From the human T2T-CHM13v2.0 reference genome, Homo sapiens: a DNA stretch of 64,000 bases. The stretch lies in assembly GCF_009914755.1 (NCBI RefSeq), contig NC_060936.1; one strand, 5' to 3'. Shown here one piece after another: positions 42,193 through 54,539 of this stretch. Numbering within the stretch: position 1 is the stretch's first letter; each line of letters opens with the position of its first letter. The position numbers were made by a program, and so were the translations under genes. The notes below the pieces were generated by a model. It saw only the letters and a program-made list of their open reading frames with translations, was not told the DNA's origin and searched no databases.

Positions 42193-44889
42193 TGGTCAGA
42201 GGAAAATATCAGAACACTTGTTGCTTTGGGGAAAGGGAATTTTTTGGGTAATGAAAATATTCTATGTCATGATAAAGATGTGTATCACACAGCTAAGTGC
42301 ATAGCTAAGATTGTTCAAGCTTGTATAGCTAAGATTTGTGTATTTTCATATATGTAAAATCTACCTAAAGAAAAAGACTTTTAAAATAATCATTATCAAG
42401 TAGGTAGTGGGTGGCATTACAGATGATAAAAGATTGGCAGAATATTGATAATTGTTGAAAGTGAGTGATAGGTGTAGAGAGTTCCATTATTCTATTTTGT
42501 TTACTATCTATATGTTCAAAGCATTCTGCAGTAAATGTTTAAGTGTGAAAAGACCAACCACAAACAAAAGAGGAATTACTACTGCCTGTGTATTCAGAGA
42601 ACACATTGAATCCAGGAGGATGCGTTGTCATTCTCTAGGTGATAGACTGAGGAGTATTAAGAATGAAGTGTTGAGAAAAGGCTATTTCAGGCATTCATGA
42701 AAATTCGTGACATATTTTACTTAGAACCACATTGTTATGTGTATGAAATGATGAGGAGTTTAGACGTTATATAATAGACCAGAGTTTTTGAGTCCTTGTT
42801 TGCCAAGGATTCTTTGAAGATTTGAATTCACAGTGTCATTATACATAACTCTGAAAAAAATAATACAAGGGCAATTTTCTGAAAAGGCCAATTTGCCGCT
42901 GTGAATGGCACATACTGTGTAATAAAACTGTTCTAGATTTTTAGAGTGATCTGAAAAAGATTTGTGAAGTCTGAAAGTTTCACATACCAAGAACAAAAAT
43001 ATACTTTCAACTTTTTGGTTTATCTTTCTTGTTCACTCAGAGGGCATGGATCTAGAATACCAAATCAAAAAATGAGTATGAACTGGGAAGATAAACTCTT
43101 GAGTGAGTATTCTATATTCTCAGTAGATAACAATGAGAAAGTATATATGTTCATTTTAGATCAGAAACAAAAGACCGTTTTTGAAATAATTGATTATATT
43201 TTACAAGGGAACAAGGTTTTAAAGTATTTTATGATCAAATGTCAAAGTATGTTTGTTTGTTTGTTTGTTTTCATGAATGAAGAGAATAAGTGCCTAACTT
43301 GTCTCAGATTTTGGTATCAATTCTATAACTGTTTCCTATAAGAAGAAAGGCCTGTATAAAATAGTATTGAATATATGCAGGAGGCTTTTATGAGGTAACA
43401 TTGTTTATGTGTCTGTATATGGATTGTATGTTATGACGGCTCACAGCTAAAAAGGTTTCTAGTATCCTGTATCTGTTAAAGTTGGAAGGAGATGGAAATA
43501 AGATGTTCTCTAATTTTTTTAAATAGAAATCTCATGGTTTTAATTTTTTTCTTCCAAGTTCTAGTTTAATGAATTATCTGTTATGATCTAGGTCTCTAAT
43601 TCTTCTCCCTTAATAGTTAATTAGGATAATCCAGAAAAGGAGTCCTAGGCAAAAAAAAAAAAAAGAGAGTTAAGCAACATTTCTTAGTCTAGGATATATT
43701 CCATTTTTCTTGTCAGAACTATAATTTGCTGCCCTCGACCTCTTTTCTAAGCTTTAAACTAATATTTCAACAGACTTCTGAACAGCATACTAAAAATTAA
43801 TACTCCATTGGCATCTGTAATAAAAGCAAATAAAAGAGGCTATATAGAGCAAAGTGGTTTGTAATTTTTTATTTATTCATTCATTCATGCATGCATGAAT
43901 GCCTATGTTTGTTTATTCCATAAATACACTGAGAGCCTCTAGAGGGTAAACTTCTGTAAGGTCTAATGGAAGCAACAGATGGATGGCAGGCAACAGAATG
44001 TTTGATAGTACTTAATGACAATAGAAAGAAAACCTAATATAATGATGAAAAAAAGAAAAATGAGACTAGCAGTAGAGCCATTAGCACTGAGACTTAGACA
44101 TGTGTGGTGCCACTATTAGCATGTACTCTTGACAGTGTTTCTCAAGCTAACTGGGATGACAGAACATTTTTTAAAAATCTGTCAGGGGTTTATACTTGTA
44201 CAAAATAGAATAAAAATTATTAGACAAACGAAATGGAAAATAAATACAAAGTACAACCCTGATGTTTTGTTATTAGGTCCAATAGTTATAAAAATTAATA
44301 AATGTTTATAAAACTTGCTAAACGCAAACTATAAATTTCTATACTGTGGTAACAATAGTTTGCAGAACCTGTTTACTGGTTTTTGACCATACTATTTCTA
44401 TATCCCCTTCAGTGAAGGGGAATGGTGATAGCATCATTGGTCACAGGCCTCTAGGAATAGCATAGCCCTGTTTCTATAGGGTTATTTAACAAACTGAATG
44501 ATAGCACAGTAAATTCACTTAATGTGCCCCTGATGGAATTGTTGTGCTAAAGAATTTATTCGTTATAGAAGTCTGCCCATCAGCAACAAATTAAATTATA
44601 TGTTATGAAACCTATTGAGGTAGAGAAGAATGGCATTCATTTACAAAAATTTTCTATCACAATTTTTAAATGCTGAAATTTGTCTTAGGGGCATAGTTAC
44701 GATAATTTAGAAATTTATTTTCCACTGAACAATTCGTATTTCAATTGTGATGGGTAAGATTATATGAATGTAATATTTGTGAAAAATAATCACAAAATAA
44801 AATTTGGGCAGCCAGCTAGCCAAGAGAGATTGCATTTGGAGAATAGTACCAATATAAGTCCCGCGGAGGTACTTCCTCTGCCATTTTAA

Positions 44890-45250
44890 GATGGAATACT
44901 CTGCAGCCATTAAAAAGACAAGATCACGTGTTTGTGGGAACATGGATGGAGCTGGAGGCTATTACCTTTAGCAAACTAATGCGGGAATAGAACACCAAAT
45001 ACAACACATTCTCACTTACAAGTGAGAGCTAATTGATAAGAACTCATGAATACAAAGAAGGGAACAACAGACACTGGGGTCTACTTGAGAGTGGAGGGTA
45101 GGAGGAGGGAGAGGAGCAATAAAGATAACTCTCGGGTACTGGGCTTAGTACTTTGGTGATGAAATAATCTGTACAGCAAACCAACGTGACACAAGTTCAA
45201 CTATGTAACAAACCTTCACATGTACTCCTGAACCTAAAATAAAAGTTTTT
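44890..45250 (+). mobile_element. L1PA15/16-like 3' end, sense orientation
   Basis: atggaatactctgcagccattaaaaag...cacatgtactcctgaacctaaaataaaagtt. Confidence 0.87.
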
Positions 45251-46038
45251 CTTAAAGATTTTTTTTTTTAAAAGCAGTTCCTTCTGCTCAATCATGGGAG
45301 GATAGAAAGATTAGAAATTTATTAAAACAATAGAAGCATTTCAGCAGAGAATATCCTGCACCAACACCTTTTCTTTTTCTTTCTCACTTCTTTATTAGCT
45401 AAACTATACCTTTTCTCCTTCTGATGTTTTGACCTAGTGTCATCTTAAAGAAATTTAAAATGTTAGTCTTAGTTATATATCAGTTTGTTTAAATCTGTTT
45501 TCAAAGGAGTGCTATCTAACACTTAGATTTATTATTGGCATGTACTGTTTTAGGAACTAATATCAAATGAGTGATAATTTAGTTGACATTTGACTATGCA
45601 ATCCTCCTAACAGCATATTATGGTGGGTATTAGAATTATTTGGGATAGTTGGATAACTTGCCAAAGGTTCAGAGCTGGATTTGGTGAATTAAAACACTAA
45701 TCTATCCTACCTCTTAGTCCCCCTCCCCCACAAAAAACCCCAGATCAGTAAAATGACACATATAAGGGACCGAAACAAAACCAACAAGCAAAAACTAACT
45801 AGGACAAATAACTATGAAAGGAGATAACAGGTGTACAATTATCAACTAATTTAGCAGAGAAGAGCAAGTTGTAATCTTAGCTTATTGAGGTGAAACCCAT
45901 GAAGAAGCTGGTTTGTCCTGCAAAACCCTAGAAAGCCGTGGGAAATACAAGCACTAGGTGCTGTATAGCTCTGAAAACAAGAGGAATGGTTGAAAGTCTA
46001 TATGACTAGCAGTTGTGTTCTCAAGTCCTCTTGTGCAC

Positions 46039-46369
46039 TGTCTCAGTCAGCTCAGGCTGCCATTAAAAAGCACCCACCATAGACTGGCTTAAACAACAGG
46101 AATTTATATTTACAGTTCTGGAGGCTAGAAAGTCCAAGATGAAGGTTTCTGCTGAGTAGGCCTCTTCTTTTGGCTTGTAGGTAGCCACAGTCTTGGCTGT
46201 GTGCTCACACAGAGAGAATACGCGAGTGCTCTTTTCCCCATCCTCAGGACTTTGTCTAATCCCAGTTACCTCCTAAAGGCCCCATCTCCAACTGCTATCA
46301 CATTGGGGATTAGGGCTTTGGCATATAAATTTGTGGGGGAGGGAGGTAAAAAATATTTATTCCTTAACA
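46039..46369 (-). mobile_element. MLT1-family LTR
   Basis: tgtctcagtcagctcaggctgcc...cagttctggaggctagaaagtccaagat...ggccccatctcca. Confidence 0.8.
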
Positions 46370-46959
46370 CACATCATACTTAACTAGGGGATTTATTGTA
46401 CATCCTAGCAGAACAAAAGAGAAATCAAAGCAGATAATCTCTGAACTCATAAAGGGCAAGAGCCAAGGCATGGGACTAAAAACAAGGAGATTAAACCAAA
46501 GACCATTACTGAGCAGTGAGGTCTCCACTATGCCTCTTAACACATTGCTCCTAGAATGCTGAAAGTTTGGCTCATAGCACCACTTAAGAGACTGGAGAAT
46601 TTTTTTCTAAGCAAAAAGACTGGCTCAAGAGAAAATGTTCATAGAACTAACATTTGGGAATCTCCACAACCATGAAAAATCAGTTCAATATCTTTTGTGG
46701 CTATTGTGAAGCTTACTCACATACACAGAATTTCCTTTCAGCATTTTTCTGTTTGAGGTTTTAATATAAATGAACATAAAATTGTTACCAAACAAAAACA
46801 TCTCAAATGAAGAAGTTACTGACTCAAAGGAACAAATAAAAAGAAACTTCAAGGAAACAGAGACAGTTTAGAAGTAGGGAGAGCCCTCCCCTTCAAAAAA
46901 CTATATTTATATAGTTTTTTGTAGTTTTAATATAAATACAGTTTTATGAAGGTGAGAGG

Positions 46960-47176
46960 TCCTCCTACTTCAAGTGATCCTCCCAACTTAGCCTCCCAAG
47001 TAGCTGGGACTACAGGCTCATGCCACTATGCCCAACTAATTGTTGTATTTTTTTGTAGAGACCACGGTTTTATCCTGTTGCCCAGGCTGGTCTCTAACTC
47101 CTGGACTCAAGTGATCCATCCATCTTGGCCTCCCAAAGTGCTGGGTTTACATATGTGAGCCACCTTGTGCGGCCTC
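46960..47176 (-). mobile_element. Partial AluJ
   Basis: Diverged Alu reverse complement lacking its 3' end. Confidence 0.87.
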
Positions 47177-47979
47177 AAAAAACTATAATTCTGATTTATA
47201 AGAGAGAGAAAAGAACCAAGTAACTGCAACAAAAATGTCCACTTCAGAAAGGGAGAATGATGAAATAAATAACAGTGATTGGTCAGTAGCAGATACAAAG
47301 TATTTCTGGACAAAAAGAGCAAGGATTCCTTTCTCCAAGAGTGGAACAATTTCATTGATTAGGTGCTCTGGCAGTCCATGATTGTTTTCTGTAGGGGAGT
47401 CTCCTTTGCCCGTTGTCCTGTTATTGTTAGAAAAGGTGTAATTTGGTATTTTTGCTAGAGTACAGTTTGAGAGTATGCATTAAAATATACAACTTGCTCA
47501 ACCTTCAGCCTGTTAATATGGTTTCTAGGAATTTCTCATAAGGCTATAATTGTACAATTTCACAAAGATGCATGCATAAAAATAAACATTTTTTAAAGTG
47601 AAAAATTGGGAACAACATAAAAGTCTATAAAAAGGAGAATGGTAAAATATATATTAAATTTAACAAAACAAAAAGAATAATGCTATATACTATAGAGTTC
47701 CAAAAGGTTACAGAATACTATTTATATATAAATTCATTATATAAAATATTGAATAAACAGCTCTCCAGAAGGATGTTTGCCTAAGTGTTATCAGTGATTT
47801 TCTTTGGGTAATGGGACACTGGGATATTTTCACTTCTTTATATTTTTTATAATGAGCATATATCAGTCTTACAAAAATCAAAATACATTGTATTGAAACA
47901 CATGGGTTTTGAATAGCCTCTTGTGAATTATTTGTTTGCTTTACAAATTATCTATGTTTAATTTTAAGATCTAAATTTT

Positions 47980-48080
47980 GGCTGGGCACGGCGGCTCATC
48001 CTGTAATCCCAGCACTTTGGGAAGCTAAGGTGGGAGGATCACATGAAGCCAGGAGTTCAAGTCCAGTCTGGGCAACATAG
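47980..48080 (+). mobile_element. FLAM/Alu left monomer
   Basis: ggctgggcacggcggctca...aggagttcaagtccagtctgggcaacatag. Confidence 0.87.
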
Positions 48081-48260
48081 AGGATGAAGGAAGGAAGGAA
48101 GGAATGAATAAAGAAGAATGGGAAGGGCAGGGCAGGGCAGGGCAGGGCAGGGCAGGGGAGGGGAGGGGAGGGAAGGGAAGGGCAGGGCAGGGCAGGGGAG
48201 GGGAGGGGAGGGAAGGGGAGGGGAAGGGAGGGGAGGGGAGGGAAGGGGAGGGGAGGGGAA
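48081..48260 (+). repeat. Purine-rich compound repeat (GGAA)n-(GGGCA)n-(GGGGA/GGGAA)n
   Basis: Directly visible; more than 25 G-runs of 3-4 nt. Confidence 0.96.
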
Positions 48261-48559
48261 ATTTTCCCCTTGCCATTAAGTATCTTTCTGAATCATTTGT
48301 CCTAATACCAATTGCAATTTGTTCAGGAAACATCTTATTTTAATAATAGTAGTAGTCTGAAATGACAAAATCGGAAGCATAGATTACTCTTATTCTGTTA
48401 CAGCCAAATGGCAATGAGGCCTTACTTGACATACGGATTACATTATGTAGCTTTTAATTACTATAGGTAATAATGAGGTATAATGTACTGGGCTGCTTTT
48501 AGTATTAGATAATTACTACTACCGATAATGATTATATAGGGTAGGATTATTGTTGAAAT

Positions 48560-48722
48560 AAAGACCTAGTAACTTACCTAGCCTCTCTAAGTCTCAGCTG
48601 ACTCATCTGAAAATAAGAAGAATGTGGAAGAATTCGGCAGTTTGTTGTGAGAGTTTAATGTGGTACTACTACATATAAAGCACTTTCAACAGTGCCTGGA
48701 ACCTCAAAAGTGCTATTATTAT
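48560..48722 (+). mobile_element. MIR fragment
   Basis: ctctctaagtctcag...ctcatctgaaaat...gttgtgagagtttaatg...aacagtgcctgg. Confidence 0.65.
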
Positions 48723-50556
48723 CTATAAGTATGAGAAAAGCCAGTAACCCAGTTGTATTTTCTCAAGTGAATCTGTGATTTTACTTAGGATATATTTTAT
48801 GTAGGATGCTTCTTTCAAACAGTAAATTTCAGGTTTGTTCTTACACAAACAAGCTCAAAAATTGTCTTCTGTTGTAGGATACTGTCAGAATTAAGAAATG
48901 ACATTCAGGAATGAATTTTATAAACATCACATTGTCATTTTAGCTAATGTACCCTCTTCAAATTTAGTTTTTATTGGACCACTTAGGAAATTTAGCCCAC
49001 TTATAATGAATTACTTAGTGATTTCTATTAGTTTGACTTCTAACATTACCAGTTCTTTTTAAGGAACATTTGTTTTCTAAGTTATTAATAACTCCAAAAA
49101 TTTTATTCTGTATTTTAATTCTAAACATTTTTGTTTTATTTGTGTTATGTTTACCTCTTCCCAAGCCTAAATTGAATATTTTTGGTCTCATACAGTTTTT
49201 AAGTCTAATTATTTGCCTGGTATAATATCTTTGTATATTTTCTCATATGTATATTTCAAATAGGGTTAGGTATTGTTTCTGATCCTATGAAATTCTGCGT
49301 GCATCTAGATTTACAGAGAATATAAAATTAAAATCTCAGTTATTAATACTTATACGTTAATTATGTGGTAAGTCTACTCATTTGTTAATTAGCTGCCTTA
49401 CATAATTTCATATAGTACCCATAATTTCTCAGAGTCATGTAATGATTTGTATCACAGTTTGGATTTGTTTTTAAGGAAAAACACATCTTTCATGTGATTT
49501 TACTTACTCTCTTGAAAAACACAGATGAAAAGTAACATAATTAAAAGCAGGAATACCAGATTATCTTAAGTAGACATGGACTGTTTGGTCACTTACTCTC
49601 AATATAGACTGTCTCCCTAAAAATGTTTTAAATAAGAACAACTTTAAAAGACACAAATCTATTTTAAAATATTGGATATCCAATGAGTTTATATTTAAAG
49701 GAGGCTTGGATATAAATAGCATTCCAAATCTGAGAAAATATCTTACTTGCCTTTAATAACTGAATGAAAAATATATGAGTAGCAATACATATTTTTTAGT
49801 TTTGTTTCCACATCAGTGCACTGTTCTGGAACAGTATTTGCCTCATCGTTATTGGAGATACTGAGGCTGCAAAAGTTGAATATTCTCAGAAAGGTCTATT
49901 GAAACATCAAGTGCTTGGTCCATGGTAACTGGTTGATAGTTATGTGAGCTTTTTCTGTAGCACATCAAAATAAAAATAGATACATTAACTTTATACACAT
50001 TTATATTACCTGTTACATAATATTTCTTGGACTCATTTCATAGATTTAGTTTTTGAATCTGTGGTAAAATCTTGAGGTGACAACAATTAATAAATCTTTC
50101 AATTTTTTTTAACAATGCCTTACTAGGAACACAAATAATCTATGATGATAGTTGTTCATCAAGCAGATATTTTATATTTCTCAGTTATCATCTAATTGCT
50201 TCATTGCTTCTGTTGCTGCAAGCTAATAATAATCATTTTAGTGAGTAATTTTTCCAAATTTAATCTTGGAAAATACATCATTTTCTGATTAATTTTTCAA
50301 TTTTGAGTAGTTGTTCTTAAGTTAGATTTCTTGTCATATACTCTGTTGAACTTGGGGCTAAGAAATGTATCTTGGCTGATTGTAGAAAGATGAATTTAGT
50401 GTTTTTTTCTCCTGAACCTTCGTTTTAGGGAACTTCTCATTTTTTCCTTTTGTAACTACTTCAATTTTCTGGACAAATGAATTCTACCAGCTACTCTCCT
50501 TGTTGACAGATACCTGTCTCAGAGCCATAATATAATTTGCTTATCATTCCTTGTAG

Positions 50557-50649
50557 CATCAGAGGCTCCTTGAAATGCTAGATACAGAGAAGGAACTGTT
50601 AAAAGAAAAAATAAAGGAAGCTTTGATTCAGCAATCTCAAGAACAGAAG
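50557..50649 (+). CDS. CCDC91: CCDC91 internal coding exon, 93 nt, phase 0/0: HQRLLEMLDTEKELLKEKIKEALIQQSQEQK
   Basis: Acceptor ttatcattccttgtag|CAT, donor AAG|gtaata. 31 open codons, E/K/Q-rich coiled-coil composition. Confidence 0.93.
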
Positions 50650-50745
50650 GTAATACTTTAACTGTGCTCAGAGTGTAGAAAGAATGTGTTCTGTTACCTC
50701 AAATAATACATTTAATGTCTTTCCAACTGTTTTATCATTTGACAG

Positions 50746-50814
50746 GAAATATTGGAAAAGTGTTTGGAGGAAGAAAGGCAAAGAAATAAAGAGGCATTAG
50801 TATCCGCTGCAAAG
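50746..50814 (+). CDS. CCDC91: CCDC91 internal coding exon, 69 nt, phase 0/0: EILEKCLEEERQRNKEALVSAAK
   Basis: Acceptor ttttatcatttgacag|GAA, donor AAG|gtattt. Follows the previous exon after a 96-nt intron and continues the frame. Confidence 0.92.
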
Positions 50815-51899
50815 GTATTTCCATCTGTAATAGTGGGTTGCTTGTAAGTAAGTGGAATTAAAAAATGGAATATATTAATAGTATTCTCAATCTTTTATAA
50901 AATGTTTCATTCCATAAAAATCGTTTTTATTTCTTTTATTTACTTTTAAACTTAAGATATGACTACTTATATTCTTATTAAATTCACATCACACAAGATA
51001 ATGGTAGCATTGAAATGCTTTACAATGTAGGTTATTAGTTACTTATTATAAAGAACATATATGTTGCAACACTAATATCCACCTGCTATTTGTTGCATCT
51101 AATTAGAGGTTGTGTGTGCATCTGTGTATCAAGGTAAGTAATTTTTAAAGCCAAGTTTAAAATAACTCATCTAAATCATGTATTCATAGATATAAAATAT
51201 ACACACACCAACAAATACACTTTTAACACTTACTTTTGAGTTTTAGATTTAAAATTAAATTTAGCAAACAAATATTGAATGTCTCATATCTGTGTATCAC
51301 TATGCCAGGGTTAAATTCAAGGGTGACTATGATTTTGTCTTTTTCTTAAATAATTTATAATCAGATAAGAAAAATACTATTTATATACCAAGAGGGCAAG
51401 GAGGAATGCACTAAATTATTATGAGTATGTACATCATATATCTATGTCATAGAAGTTTTTTTAAAGCAATAAATTACTTTTGAATTGAGCCTGAAAGGAT
51501 GGCTAGCATTCTGAACAGAGTTTGAATTTTATTCCATAGGATAAGGGAGACATATTGACATTTTAAAAACATGTTTGTGATCTAATGGTAATTGACATTA
51601 AGTTTTGGGAAAGTAGAGGCAACAAAAGCTAGAGGCAGGGAAAGAATTCATAGAATGCATCAAAAGTCTGTCTAAGAGATACTGAGTGGTAGAAACAGAC
51701 CAGTAGTAGTAGTTTGGAAAGGAAAGAAATAGACAAATTCTAGAAATATGGAGAAGATGGAGTCAACATATATGTTTGATGTGAATAATATAGAAGGTGG
51801 ACAAGTTGTATACTGCTAGAGTATGGATTTAAGAACAAAATGGAAAGTAGCCCTCTTTCTTTGGAATAGAGTTTGAGGTGATTTAAAGCAAAAAGTCAA

Positions 51900-52630
51900 A
51901 TTTTAGAAAACTCGTATCTGTTTTCCAATATGTATGTTCCTGATGAGATTTATGGTAACATTAACAAATGTGATTTTTAAATTATGATATACAGAAATGT
52001 GTCAGCATCTGGAGAAGACATGTAACTCAGTGAATCAATATTTTTCACATAAAAATGTTAAAAATTATGCATCGATAAATGATTCATTCAGATTGCAAGA
52101 AAGGACTGTAATATAATAGCATGAAAATTTCATTTGACATAATTTTATTTTCATTATGACACCTAACCTTTAAGAACTAGTCCTTGTCAAGTTCTGATGT
52201 GAAATCATCAAGAATATCCACAATTATTTAAACTGGCTACTAAATACTCAGTTTTTCCTACAACCTATCTGTGTGAGACTGGGTTTTCTTTATATACTTC
52301 AACTAAAAAACATCATTACAGATTTAACACAGAAGGAAGAAATAAGAATTAATTTAGCTGTCTTCTGTTAAGTCAGATATTAAAGAGATTTACAGACACA
52401 TACAGTAGCATTTTCCTTTTTTAATTTTAGAAAGTAGTTGTTTTTCATAAAATATATTATTTGTTAATATCATGCAATTATATTAATTTTAAATGAATTA
52501 ATAATTTTATTTTTTCTTGAATTTCTAATATGTATTAATACATATGATCAGCATAAACAAAATCTCTTTGATATCCTCAATAATTTTAAGATTGTAAAGG
52601 GATCTTTAGACCATATAGTTTGAAATCTGC
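51900..52630. mobile_element. Charlie1-like hAT DNA transposon fossil
   Basis: gaaatgtgtcagcatctgga...aactcagtgaatcaatattt...cctcaataattttaag...aaagggatc...agtttgaaa. Confidence 0.72.
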
Positions 52631-52880
52631 TACTCCACCCTAAGGCCTGATTTCTTTGAAGATTAGAAATGCCATGGAAATTAAGTAGGAATATTTGTGT
52701 AAAAAAGAATAATAGATTTTATTTTGTAGCAGTTATTTACTATGCATAAAAACAGCAATGTTAGAACTAAACACTATAGGATCAAAGTTTTTTATCTTTT
52801 AGGTTAACCAAGTCTGTTACTCAAGAAATTATTATGCAGTCAGTCTTTCAAATTTGTTCTGGTCTTTATTTATTTTGAAG

Positions 52881-53057
52881 CTTGAAAAAGAAGCAATGAA
52901 GGATGCAGTTTTAAAAGTCGTAGAAGAAGAAAGAAAAAATTTAGAAAAAGCGCATGCTGAAGAAAGGGAATTATGGAAGACAGAACATGCAAAAGATCAA
53001 GAAAAAGTATCTCAGGAAATTCAAAAAGCTATACAAGAACAAAGAAAAATAAGTCAG
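52881..53057 (+). CDS. CCDC91: CCDC91 internal coding exon, 177 nt, phase 0/0: LEKEAMKDAVLKVVEEERKNLEKAHAEERELWKTEHAKDQEKVSQEIQKAIQEQRKISQ
   Basis: Acceptor tctttatttattttgaag|CTT, donor CAG|gttagt. Lies within ORF 52854-53078 and is in frame with the two upstream exons. Confidence 0.94.
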
Positions 53058-54539
53058 GTTAGTAATATTAACTGTTAGTAAATATTTACTTTTTTCTCAT
53101 TTTTCTCAAAATGAAGTACCCTTACTCTATCTTTTATCTTACTTAAAACAACCTTAGTAGATATTTATGACTTTTTAATTTTTAATTTTCATTTTGATGT
53201 TTATATTTTGAATTAATCATTTTTAATATTTTAATGTGCTTTCATCTTTCTGATATTGAAAACTTAGTAACTGACCATTTTACCCTTTTACTTTATTTTC
53301 TAAAAGGTCAAAACAAAATTTATGTTTAGTCATTGCAAATATATTAACCTTTCTGTGTTGTTTTTCCTTTTCTCATACATAGAGACACATACGCACACAT
53401 GCACACAGACTCAATCAATACAAAATAATATATTTGTGTAGAAAACAATTTGATTCAATTAATTTATAATTCTAATTTGTAAATCTCTATACCTATAGTT
53501 GGTAACAATAATTAATAAAACCTCACAAATATTCCCTATAGTCTCATAAAGATACATAATGATCAACAGGCATGACCTACATGCAGAATAACTTTTGATT
53601 GTTTATCTGACAATTAAAAACACTACCTTAGTTTGTTTTTCTGTAATTGAATTTGCACAGTTCTATTTTACTTGAATTAGTCTTTTTATATATATATAGG
53701 CAGAAGTACTTAAATAAATCTTCCCTTAAGTATCAAAAGCAAAAGAGTAACATTCATAGAAGTCTAACATGTTGAAACTGTTAAATATACTACAATTGTT
53801 CATTCACATTATAAATGCAGCTAAAATGACTAACCTTTCAGATCAACCCAGATTTTTTTTATGACTCATTAATCTTAATGAAGCCGTAAAAAGCTCAGAG
53901 TTTTTAATATCCAAGATAAAAGTTATATTTTTAAAAGATGTCACTTGTTTATTCTCAGGAACACACAGTTACCCATTTATTACAAAAATTAAACAGATCT
54001 GTAGGTACCATCTATGTTAAAATAACAGTAGTACAGTAGCAGATCTTTTTTTTTTCTTGCGTTTTTTCACTAAAGCAATATTACCTTCTAATTCTTACCG
54101 TAACCTATCAATAAATATATATTGAGTACCTATTGCATATAAAATGTTTGTCACTTCAGTTGGTTGGAATTTCATGCCAGTAAGGTCAAGTTCACTGGCT
54201 AAGTTCTTATTCGGGAGAGTTTATTTAAATTTGTTTTATGACCCCGAACATTCCTGTAACCTCACATAGATGTGGGCCATTCATCACTTGAATTGGGTAA
54301 GAAGGCATGAAAAAAATCAGCACATATTCGTCATCCTAATGGAAAAATATATATTTTAAAGAGCACACTTCTCTGCTGATTTGTCAAGAGTCTACAAGAA
54401 ACATGCAGTATATGATACACTACTTTGAAATTTGTCTTCTATAGGTTCAGAATATGGTGAAGACAATCTAAACATGTCTTGAATAAATTATATTAATTTC
54501 CTTACAAATGTTTGCACGTTTTGCTAGAAAGTCTCTGCC

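Noticed and set aside
41958-42357. Y/I-rich ORFs
   Set aside because: Translation of a (TA)n repeat.
44855-44890. cccgcggaggtacttcctctgccatttt, ETS- and YY1-like motifs with CpGs
   Set aside because: Isolated, no CpG island, and it overlaps what is probably the degenerate TSD of the adjacent L1PA.
48025-48343. Pro-rich and RG-rich ORFs
   Set aside because: Translation of the G-rich simple repeat.
50650-50745. In-frame retention of the 96-nt intron
   Set aside because: Length is a multiple of 3, but TAA is the fourth codon (GTA ATA CTT TAA), so no read-through protein.
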